Of a DNA stretch of 20,000 bases, positions 1 to 9,494 are shown in pieces. Every line of letters begins with the position of its first letter. Position 1 is the first letter of the stretch. Below the pieces are notes generated by a model. The model was not told the DNA's origin. It did no database searches and worked only from the letters and a program-made list of their open reading frames with translations. A program made the position numbers and the translations under genes. The DNA comes from Chiloscyllium plagiosum (Eukaryota), in the NCBI RefSeq assembly GCF_004010195.1, contig NC_057753.1, positions 8,607,116-8,627,115 on the forward strand. The letters are read 5' to 3'.

Positions 1-215
1 TCTCTTCTCATCTATACTCCCAAGAACCTTACCATTAACCCTAAGTAGCAACATTCAGTGATCTATGTACATGGACACGGAGATCTCTCTGCTCATCTAC
101 ACTACTAAGACCCTTACCATTAGCCAAGTACTGTTTATTGTTGTTGCTTCTTCCAAACTGTATCACCTCACACATTTCCGAATCAAACTCAATTTTCCAT
201 CTCTCAACCCAGTTC
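1..215 (-). mobile_element. CR1/HER1-type LINE ORF2 fragment(s), degraded
   Basis: Minus ORF reads WKIEFDSEMCEVIQFGRSN...EQRDLRVHVHRSL, the post-RT segment of CR1 ORF2. Bases 1-48 resemble 87-130, suggesting a second small piece. Confidence 0.85.
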
Positions 216-354
216 TGCAGCTGTTGTGGAAGTATCACTCAATATTCACTTAAAAATACAAAGAGACGCAGAACATCCCTCGAGAAATTAAAATTTAATC
301 ATGCAAATTCAAAGTTGCGGCAGCAAGACAAATGTCTTCCTTTATTGCTCGCAA

Positions 355-884
355 TTTAGATATGATGCAGAGCTGGGCTGAGGAGTGGCAGATGGAGTTC
401 AACCCTGCCAAGTGTGACGTTGTCCATTTTGGAAAGACAAATAGGAATGCAGAATACAGGGTTAACGGTAGGGTTCTTAGTGAGGTGGAGGAACAGAGGG
501 ATCTTGGGGTCTATGTTCATAGATCTTTGAAAGTTGCCACTCAGGTGGATAGAGCTTGTAAGAAGGCCTATGGTGTATCAGCGTTCATTAGCAGAGGGAT
601 TGAATTCAAGAATCGTGAAGTGATGTTGCAACTGTACAGGACCTTGGTAAGGCCACATTTGGAGTACTGTGTGCAGTCCTGGTAGGGGTGGGTTCTTTAC
701 CCAGAGAGTGGTGGGGGCATGGAATGCGCTGCCTGTGGTAGTGGTAGAGTCAGAATCTTTGGTGACCTTTAAGCGGCAATTGGATAGGTACATGGATGGG
801 TGCTTAAGCTAGGACAAATGTTCGGCACAACATTGTAGGCCGAAGGGCCTGTTCTGTGCTGTATTGTGCTATGTTCTATGTTCT
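355..884 (+). mobile_element. CR1/HER1-type LINE 3' fragment with internal deletion and (TGTTCTA)n tail
   Basis: Reads WAEEWQMEFNPAKCDVVHFG...LYRTLVRPHLEYCVQSW, then jumps to FFTQRVVGAWNALP. Ends in ggccgaagggcctgttctgtgctgtattgtgctatgttctatgttct. Confidence 0.95.
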
Positions 885-3520
885 TTGTTCTGCTCCAGTT
901 TATGGTCCCGTGCTTATCGGATAACATTAGCATAGCCAATCATGCTGGCTTGCTTTATCTTTCTAAACTAACCATCGTCTGCCACACTGGTTCCCGCCAT
1001 CACACTTAACCTATCACATTACAAGACCATCATCTTCAGCATTAGCTCATCTCCCATCATCTCTGATTTAAGTAACCTATCACGATGCAATACCATTATC
1101 TTTTACTGAAGCCCTATAATATGATCCCGGGCATACGTTGCAACACTACATTAACTAGATGCCTGCCATAATAGCTTTCATGTATTCCCACATTTGAGAC
1201 CAACAGGTCTCACACAGAGGGAGAATAAAAGGAAGCCGAGCACACAAAGGCCAAATAATAGACAGATCCCCAAAAGCGGGCCACAACAATTTCCAGTGTC
1301 CAAACCTCAAAGGATGCTCCCTCAGCACTTGGAGCCTCAGGCCAAAAACACGTCCCAAAATAACTGAAACAAGAAAAAAGACCAAAAGACAAGCAGGAGA
1401 AAGGTTTCCTTCCAGAAAAGCATCACCGATGTCACGGAAGCTCCAGCTCTCTTTCACCAAGTGCACAATGCTCCATAAAGGAGTGACGGGCCTCAACACG
1501 CCGTTTCAACCATCGCAGCCCCTTCTCGGCCTTCACAAACCTCAACCCAGGAGTCCGTCTGTGCCCGTAGGAGCATCCTAATACAGTGCATAAGATGATA
1601 TCATGCGGATCGACCCACCATTGGAACGGCAGCAGCTGATGTTCTGGTTACTGTAACGGGACCCTCTTTCCTCGGCTCGTTCCACTCTCTCCAGAAGGAC
1701 TGTACATACACCAGTTTTCCAGATCCAATACGCCCATTCCTGTTACGAGAAACTGGTTCCCTCAGCATTTCCATATGTCGATAGACTCATAAATCATAGT
1801 TAGCTGTTGCATATACTGCATAAATTCAAGTTCCAATCGTTCCAAGTCACACCCGTCAAATGGACCTCTCCAGTTAGGCACTGACATAGGTCTACCGGTA
1901 AACATTTCATGCAGTGTCAAGTTAGTCAAACAGTTAGTCTGCGCACGGTAGTCCATTATTAATAGCAGCAGTGCTTCAAATCAGGTACGATAGGGATTTG
2001 CACAAATTGTAGTAAACTCAGCTTGGAAAGGACTAACAATCTGTTCCACCACACCCTGCGACTGGGGATGATACACACAGTCAAACCTCTGATTAATCCG
2101 CAAGGTCAGCAGCACCAACTGAACCACCTTCTGGGTAAAGGCAGACCCATGTTCCGAACTGATCTCAGATGGTATCCAAAACCAATGAATATCTTCAGTT
2201 GTCAAAAACATCAACACAGCGCCTGCCCCTGAGTCTCTTGACGGGGTTGCTTCTGCACATCTACAAAACCAGTTATTGACCACAAACATATACATCTACT
2301 TTCCCACCGTCCTTATCAGGACCACATAGTCGATCACCAAATCCTGCAAATAAAGTGACCAAAAGCCATCCCCAATTATGCCTCTCTGCACTTCACCTCA
2401 AGCACAGTGATCCAAGGCATGTGCCTCTGAGATAAGAATGGGCAACAAAGGGGTAGGTGCCACCCACAAATCTTCCTCTGTGCGCCGCAGGCTTTCTTGG
2501 TTACGCCTGGTGTCTCTTTGTCCCCACAACAGCTACTCAGCTAAGGTTGCCTCACCTCGTATCGCAATGACGTTGGCTGTGGATGGCTCCGGATCTAAAC
2601 ACACCTGGGTGCAATGACAGCCGAAGCTACCCAGAAGCCAGTCTAGCCACTTCATCTGCTGCCTGATTACCCTTCACCACCAAATCACAACCTACCACGT
2701 GTGGCCGCTATTTTATAATAACTAACGCTTTAGGCATCATCAATGCAATCGCCAACTCAATAATCTGCTGACAATGTTGTATGGGATCCCCATGGCTCTT
2801 CCGGAAGCCCCTTTGCTTCCAGACAGGGGCTTCCAGACAGAATCATACAAATGACAGACTCCATGGGAATCGGCAGAATCAGTATTTATATCTGCCTTCT
2901 CACCTTCCACCAACATTCAGGCAGCAGTGAGGGTCGAAAGCTCAGCGAGTTGTGCCGAACAAGGCTGTAGACAGGCCTCCAATATAACCGTCTTTAACTG
3001 AGACTCCTCCTGCCGGACAGCTGCAAACACTGCATGAATCCCATCTTGTCTTTTTTGGCATGAACCATCTACAAAAATGTTATCATCTGTCCACCTGTAG
3101 CAGGCCTGGGAGCTCGAGTTATAGCCTCAATCTGATCAGATGCTATCACCTTACTGCCCTTTGCTATCAACCTACCCAAATACTTATTCTGCTGCTTACA
3201 GGATTGCAGCTACTGCCTGGACACCTTATGGCCGCCATATGCTAACCGCTCCAAAAGAGATATGATGTCACGCTCACATTGTCCTTGACTCTCAGAGCAA
3301 ACGAGCAAATCATCAGCATAGTTGATTAGTGTACTCTCCAATGGCACACACTCCAGCTCCAACTTCAACATCTGATTAAATACATGCGGCGAATGCTTAA
3401 ATCCCTGTGGTACTCGATTATGAGTACACTGTCTTCCTCTGAACGTAAAAGCAAACAAATATTGGCAGTCCTCCACCAACGTAACATTAAAGAAAAGCAT
3501 GAACACAAGTCTATACTATC
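885..3520 (-). mobile_element. Degraded endogenous retrovirus-like LTR retroelement: partial pol (RT, RNase H, integrase) plus downstream region; no LTR identified
   Basis: RT: IDL..FF, RVPQGFKHSPHVFNQ, YADDLL. RNase H: FVDGSC, SAQLAEL, NTDS, GNQAAD. Integrase: AHALDH, LVIDY, YHPQSQGVVE, HEMFTGRPM. Order is RT-RH-IN, with many stops and frameshifts. The boundary below ~1150 is uncertain. Confidence 0.9.
1432..3520 (-). pseudogene. pol: Retroviral-type pol pseudogene (RT-RNaseH-IN)
   Basis: Same motifs as the element above. The integrase frame ends ...EHCALGERELELP* at ~1432. Confidence 0.85.
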
Positions 3521-3695
3521 TATTGCCTCATCGCATCATAAATGTCTTTATCCCAGCTACAGATCTTGCTGTTCGGTGTGTAAATGTCTATTTCTAACGT
3601 TAAAGTGACTTTAACCGAATTGTACTCACCTACCTTCACATTTAAAATCTGGCCCAGATTGTGGCCTCGCCTCCTGTTGGCCTATCTGTGCTCGC

Positions 3696-4136
3696 TATGA
3701 AGAAAGATTGAGAGGTTAGGTTTATTTTCATTAGAAAAAAAGGCGATTGGGGTGGGGGGGACCTGATTGAGGTTTACAAAATCATGAATGGTATAGACAG
3801 GGTGGATAGAGACAAACTTTTTCCCAGGATGATAGATTCAATAACGAGATTTCACGCTTTCAAGGTGAGAGGTGGAAAGTTTAAGGGGGATACACGCGGC
3901 AAATACTTCACACAGGGGGTGGTGGGCGTTTGGAACGCGTTTCCAGCAGAGGTGGTAGAGGCAGGCACGATAGATTCATTTAAGATGCATCTGGATAAAT
4001 GCATGGGTAGGTGGGCAGCAGAGGGATACAGATGCACAGGAATTGACCGACAGGTTTAGAGAGTACATTGGGATAGGCTCAGGCTTGGAGGGCCGAAGGG
4101 CCCGTTTCCGTGCTGTAAATTTTCTTTGTTCTTTGT
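3696..4136 (+). mobile_element. CR1/HER1-type LINE 3' end with (TTCTTTG)n tail
   Basis: Reads DLIEVYKIMNGIDRVDRDKLFP...YFTQGVVGVWNAFPAEVVEAGTIDSFKMHLD. Tail is ggccgaagggcccgtttccgtgctgtaaattttctttgttctttg. Confidence 0.95.
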
Positions 4137-4695
4137 ATCTATATACTGTGTCAGGAAACCCTCCTGCAGATATATCGTTTCCAGTCTGTGTTAGAAAAGT
4201 AAAAGCCCCCATAACAATTCCCCTGTTACTTTCACTCCTATCCAGAATTATCTTTGCAATCCTTTACACTACACTTTTGATTTTTTTTAACGCCTCTCCT
4301 TAACTGTTTCTATACTCAGCCCATACTACCTCAGTCGAAGTGTCCTCATCAAATGCCCGTTTTGCTACTCTAAGACTGTCCTTGACTAATAATGCCTCAT
4401 CTCCCCCTTTTACCAACTTCCCCTATCTTACTGAAACATCTAAACCACAAAACCTGAAACAAACATTCTGCGAAATGGCCTCAACATGGAAGTCCCTGGT
4501 ACAAACCTATGCTGCAAATTCACACACCATATTCGGGATTCTCCTGGCGTTGATGTCGACTCATTTGAAACCATCTTCCTGCCAGTCGGTGGACTCCTGT
4601 GACCTTGATACCTTATTCATGACCTCACTACCCTCATCTTCCTCTACATTGGAGCTAGAATTCCGGTTCACATCCCCTTGATGAATTAGTTTAAA
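4137..4695 (-). mobile_element. Degraded CR1 5' region (ORF1/ORF2 junction and APE endonuclease)
   Basis: Minus strand has tttaaactaattcatcaaggggatgtgaaccgga (CR1 ORF1-end-like) and IVMGAFTF, resembling the APE motif MGDFNFP. Confidence 0.65.
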
Positions 4696-4714
4696 TTTTA
4701 AGGAGATGGTTAGG

Positions 4715-5366
4715 TGCTTGTAGAGGAAATGGAATTATTGTATAATGTAGATACTGAAGGGATGACAGAGGTAACGATGAGTGGAGGAGTTGGATGAGGT
4801 TATAGAGAAAAGGAAGGGCATCGGGGCTAAAGGATATTACAGAGATAGGAAGTGCTGTAGGTGCTCGAGTGAGTTAAAGCAATACAGATGGCTGGGAAAG
4901 ATTGTAGGGGATTAGAAAGAATGAGGTACAGCGGGCTTGGAGGAGGTTAAAAAATATGAATGATGTAGCAGCTGGAGAAAGTTGCAGATAAAAGGATGGC
5001 GTAGAATGTGAAGGAAGCTACACTGATATGGCGGGATACACTCCTATCCAGAAGAGTGTACAGAGACAAGGAGTGCACATGCTGCGATGGTTACAGCCAA
5101 AATTAACCAGTTAGGCACTGGAGAAAGTTACAGAGCTCAGGATCTGGGGTCTGGGGAATGTTACAGAGATAGTGAAAGAGTGCAGGTGCTGGAGGAGATT
5201 ATAGAGGTAGGAAGGGGAGTAGGTGTGGGAAGAAAATCAGAAATTAGGGCAGCTCTAGTAACTGGAGCAGATTACAAAACTAATGAGGGCTGTAAGGGTG
5301 GGAGGAGATTAATATAGAATGATAAATGTAGGAGCTGGAGAAAGGTACAGAAATAGAAGGGTGTAG
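4715..5366. repeat. Degenerate purine-rich tandem repeat, ~36-37 bp period (core CTGGAGGAGGTTACAGAGATAG)
   Basis: Core variants start at ~4754, 4790, 4827, 4864, 5118, 5151, 5189, 5225, 5262, 5298 and 5335. Confidence 0.75.
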
Positions 5367-5369
5367 ATG

Positions 5370-6015
5370 ATTGAATGAGTGATTTATTTATTGTCACTTG
5401 CATCTTACAGTCAATTTTACAGTAAAGTTGAAAAGCTTCAACTGTCAGAATAATCTGGCACAATTTTTAAGAATAGAAGAATGAAAAGAATAAAAGATAC
5501 ATGGGAAAGATAGTCCTGAGCCGACTCAAGAAACGCATGAGCCATTGGAAACGAGGAACCTTGGCTCGACTGCCAGACCAAGCTGCCACCGCCGTTTTGT
5601 CAAGAGTCCCTCCCCGACATCCCTCCTCCACAATGTCGCCTTGTCTTGAAATATCTGCTGCTACCAACTCAACCTCTGATCATGGGACATGTTTTTCTGC
5701 TACTGCCACCTCCGGCTCTGAACGTCGAGGGGATTTACTGCTGCTGCTGCCTCCACAGTCGTTGTCACTACCACACTCAGTCAACATGAGGAGCCGCACC
5801 TCCCGCTGTTTCTGAAAGCTAAGAAGTGTTGCCATTACGCGCATGGCCTGCTTGAGATGCCACGCCAATTTGCTGACTAATCCACCACAAAAGACTTCAA
5901 AGAAAGAAGAACAAAAGATAAAAATTGAAAGAAAAAGGGCAGAAGTGAAAAGAAAATAAAGGAAGTGTGTGGGAGAGTATGAGCCCTGGGCAAGACCCGT
6001 AAACAGCCCGAGGAA
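5370..6015 (-). mobile_element. Putative non-autonomous retroposon (AATAAA plus short-repeat tail at left end, GC-rich body)
   Basis: gattgaatgagtgatttatttattgtcac is the reverse of an AATAAA/(TCAA)n-like tail. The interior is GC-rich with gcc/gct runs and has no credible ORF. Confidence 0.4.
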
Positions 6016-6065
6016 AATTGCCTCAATATTTACAATTTCTCACATACTCTTGAAGTTTTGATATT

Positions 6066-6410
6066 TAGATGGCTAGTCAAATTCAGTTTCTGGTGCATGA
6101 TGGTCTCCAGGCAGTTGATGGTATGCCTGCAACTATGCCAATGCCATTTAATGATGACAGAAAATGGTTAGATTTTCCATATGTAGACATTGCCATGTGG
6201 ATGAAACAAATTTTGAACGGCAACTGTCAGCCGAGAACCACGTGTTGTCCAGGCCTTTCTGCATATGGCGAGAGAATCCTTCAACATCTGGAAGCTGCGA
6301 ATGATGCTCAACATCATGCAATAAACGAATATCCCCACTCTGGCCGAAAGTTAAGGGAATACTCTTTGATCAAGCAGCTAAGGATGATTGGGCCGAAGAT
6401 ACTAAATTAC
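6066..6410 (-). mobile_element. Degraded LINE RT fragment (CR1/L2-group family distinct from HER1)
   Basis: Minus strand resembles SVLGPTIFSCFINDL...QQDLDNIQAWADKWQVTF...LTFNGI...QKLNWTSH. Confidence 0.7.
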
Positions 6411-6479
6411 TACATATTGATTGAGTATTTCTGCATTTCTTTCAAAGTTCTATGAAGTTATGAACTTCACAAAATTCTC

Positions 6480-6830
6480 TAATGCTTATTTGAATCTTGT
6501 TCCCTTTTGATGTTGGCCAGATGTGTGGCTGAACATAAAGGAAAGATGCCTGGATTATCTATCATTGAAGTTGCCCTTTTTCTTTCTACTGTGTGGCGCG
6601 CTATCTCTCCAACCGACGCCCCAACACTTAACATAATCTGCTGGATTTTTTCTTTAGCCTTTACAATTCGGGCAGAGTGGGAGGTGTTCACAAATCTTTT
6701 TTGTTGATTAACGTGATCTATGTATAGCACATTACTTCACACCTAGACATACAGTACATTCTCCTCGTTGTTTTTGTAATGTGGTGCTATTTCATCAACG
6801 GTTGAAAAGATTGTCATCAGCAGCATGCAT
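6480..6830 (-). mobile_element. Highly degraded LINE ORF2 3' part, Rex1/Babar-like
   Basis: Minus ORF RIVKAKEKIQ...RKRATSMIDNPG weakly resembles the Rex1 pattern RVVKTAQxI...RKAxSIIKDPxHPG. Confidence 0.35.
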
Positions 6831-6902
6831 CATTACCAATACTTAAACTGAAACCATGAGATGTCATGATAGACATAAGCAATATTGAGGCCTCCCAGGT
6901 CC

Positions 6903-7080
6903 TTTATTTGAATATTATCGGGAAATTGATGATTACGTTATGACAGCAGGCTGCATAAACCTCACATGCTATTGCTTATGTATAGATTAAGACAACATGG
7001 TCAGTTGTTGTATTTGAAGTAAATAGACAAATTGGGACATTTTTATGTTCATCTGGCGGAACTAAATCAAAGACGGATAA
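6903..7080 (+). repeat. Direct repeat copy A (~175 bp); copy B is at 8010-8187
   Basis: Shares blocks gaaattgat, gttatgacagc, cacatgctattgcttatgtataga, agacaaattggg and tttatgttcatctggcggaac with copy B. Confidence 0.9.
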
Positions 7081-7764
7081 ACAAATTCTCTCCTCAGTTC
7101 CATACATTGCCCCCACATCATTTTATCTTTAAATCTTAATTAATAAATGAAAGGCATTGGCTTAAAGGTAGCCAATAAAACACAACGAGAAAGACAGGAT
7201 GAACTTATTTCTGAGGCATGTCTCACAATCTTGGCACAATTCGTTACATACATCTAAGTAAAACACTTAGGGTGAACTTAACTAGGCGTGTCGGATTTCT
7301 TTCTCGTCAGTATGCCTCGATCAAAACCCAATAACCCTCCCACGATTTTAAACGTTCTTGTATAATTTTGACATAATCTATCGGCTTGCCTATCCATTTA
7401 AGGAACTATCAACAATTGAACTAGATGCTCATATATAAGTTTATGGGCATGGAGTATGTATAATCAAGAATTACTCTTTATTCAATAAAATAAAACGTGA
7501 TCATATAACAAAAACATGCTCCCGTTCTTCAGTTTCAAAAATGTCATTGCAAAGCAATTGGTTAGCTTCTCCATTAAATGACAGAAAGTGGAATTCATGA
7601 TGATATAGCATAACCTGTTTGTTCAGTGGCTTTAACTAATGTAATGGTAATTGCCCTCTGCATGTCTCCTGAAGCGTGAACGTCACGTTAAAAGGGGATA
7701 TTTCCTGAAAACCATTCAAAGCAATTTAGCACTCCTGGATAAGTATTGATTCTTCGCAGAGAAA

Positions 7765-7834
7765 ATGCACGCTCCTCCCACAGGACTGCCATATGCTATT
7801 TACTATACTTCCCTTGCTTTAATCGCTGTCCCAG
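7765..7834 (+). CDS. Exon 1 of GPR139/GPR142-like class A GPCR (N-terminus and first half of TM1)
   Basis: ATG in aaaATGc context, encoding MHAPPTGLPYAIYYTSLALIAVP. Ends at a consensus donor CAG|GTAAGA. 70 nt gives phase 1, matching exon 2. Confidence 0.88.
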
Positions 7835-8009
7835 GTAAGATATGCATATACTTAATGAATTTATCTCAAAGACAATGGTATATGAATAAGAGAAATTTAA
7901 CTTTTATGTGTCTAAGGCACTTATTAAAAGTGTTCTTTAATTCAGCAATCAGTTCTGTTGAATGTCGCTGTAGAAGGACATACCGAATTTAGAAAAGCTA
8001 GAAACTGCA

Positions 8010-8187
8010 TTTATGTAAATGTTATCGAGAAATTGATGGCTAAGTTATGACAGCTGGCTGCATATACTTCACATGCTATTGCTTATGTATAGAATAATAT
8101 AAGGCCATTAGTTGTTGCATTTGAAGTGAACAGACAAATTGGGTCATGTTTATGTTCATCTGGCGGAACGAAATCAAAGAATGATAA
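8010..8187 (+). repeat. Direct repeat copy B (intronic)
   Basis: Colinear with 6903-7080, roughly 80% identical by eye. Confidence 0.9.
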
Positions 8188-8389
8188 GATTGACGTTTGA
8201 AAAATTGTTTCCGTTTAGACCAATTTAAATTTGGAACTAATGTTGCCTGTAATGTCAACTTAAAAAGTCAAAAATCAGAGTTAAGGAATTTCTTTAGTCA
8301 ATAATCAGAATTCTCTGAATCAAAATGGATAACGCAGCCATTTTAAGAAACTCATATTTTGACATTTCTACTTCCAAACTAATGCACTA

Positions 8390-8700
8390 TTTAGAGTCAT
8401 AGAATAAAAGAACAATAAAGTAACATTAAAGTATGGAAGAAGTCCCTTTGGATATTGTGTCACCTCATATTTTTCAGGATATCATTCCATTCTCATAGTT
8501 CTGCCTATCTCACTTGGCAATCTATGTTGTCACTTATTCTAAGATTTGTTCCTTACTATTTCACACAACATAAATTTTCAGTGTCATCTGCTAACTTAGC
8601 AGTTGTTCCGCCTAACATCATTTCTAGAGAACACAAATGAGGATTTTTTGGCTTACTGGACTCGTGGCATTACCATTACACCATTGCTTTTCTATAGGGC
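8390..8700 (-). mobile_element. Degraded CR1 fragment(s)
   Basis: A tail-like tagagtcatagaa at ~8391 and minus-strand KLADDT at ~8580-8598 (compare KFADDTK). Confidence 0.45.
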
Positions 8701-8806
8701 ACTGAAGCAACACTTAATACTCACATCGGGTTTCGAACCACTTCTTTTTATATGATAGATAAACAACGCAATAAAACTCCCGTTCGCCGAGCTGGACGTT
8801 TTTGTT

Positions 8807-8846
8807 GCAAACGTTTCGTCCCCTGTCTAGGTGACATCCTCAGTGC
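8807..8846 (-). ncRNA. Minimal type I hammerhead ribozyme motif (mirror copy)
   Basis: Exact reverse complement of 9455-9494. Confidence 0.7.
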
Positions 8847-9454
8847 TTGGGAGCCTCCTGTGAAGCGCTTCTGTGGTGTTTCCTCCGGCATTTATAGTGG
8901 CCTGTCCCTGCCGCTTCCGGTTGTCAGTTTCAGCTGTCCACTGTAGTGGCCGGTATATTGGGTCCAGGTCTATGTGTTTGTTGATGGAGTTTGTGGATGA
9001 GTGCCATGCTTCTAGGAATTCCCTGGCTGCTCTTTGTTTGGCTTGCCCTACAATGGTAGTATTGTCCCAGTCAAATTCATGTTGCTCTTCGTCTGCGTGT
9101 GTGGCTACTAGGGATTGCTGGTCGTGTCGTTTCGTGGCGAGTTGATGTGACATCAACGACACGACACGAAACGACATGACCAGCTATCCCTAGTAGCCAC
9201 ACACGCAGACGAAAAGCAACATGAATTTGACTGGGACAACACTACCATTATAGGGCAAGCCAAACAAAGAGCAGCCATGGAATTCCTAGAAGCATGGCAC
9301 TCATCCACAAACTCCATCAACAAACACATAGACCTGGACCCAATATACCGGCCACTACAGTGGACAGCTGAAACTGACAACCGGAAGCGGCAGGGACAGA
9401 CCACTATAAATGCCGGAGGAAACACCACAGAAGCGCTTCACAGGAGGCTCCCAA

Positions 9455-9494
9455 GCACTGAGGATGTCACCTAGACAGGGGACGAAACGTTTGC
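9455..9494 (+). ncRNA. Minimal type I hammerhead ribozyme motif in Penelope pLTR
   Basis: GCA-CTGAGGA-T-gtcacct(agac)aggggac-GAAAC-GTT-TGC: conserved CUGANGA/GAAA core, stem II, palindromic minimal stem III, and a 3-bp stem I (GCA/TGC). Confidence 0.72.

Noticed and set aside
4715..5366. CRISPR-like array
   Set aside because: Vertebrate context, highly degenerate repeats, mutually homologous linkers and no cas genes.
5467..5868. Ser/Ala-rich ORFs on both strands
   Set aside because: These are a by-product of GC-rich low-complexity sequence with no domain signature.
7835..7992. Remainder of the 75-aa ORF as coding
   Set aside because: It is read-through past a consensus GTAAGA donor into the intron.
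6903..8187. Direct repeats as LTRs of a retroelement
   Set aside because: No TG...CA ends, PBS, PPT or TSD were seen, and the interior is the host exon and promoter.
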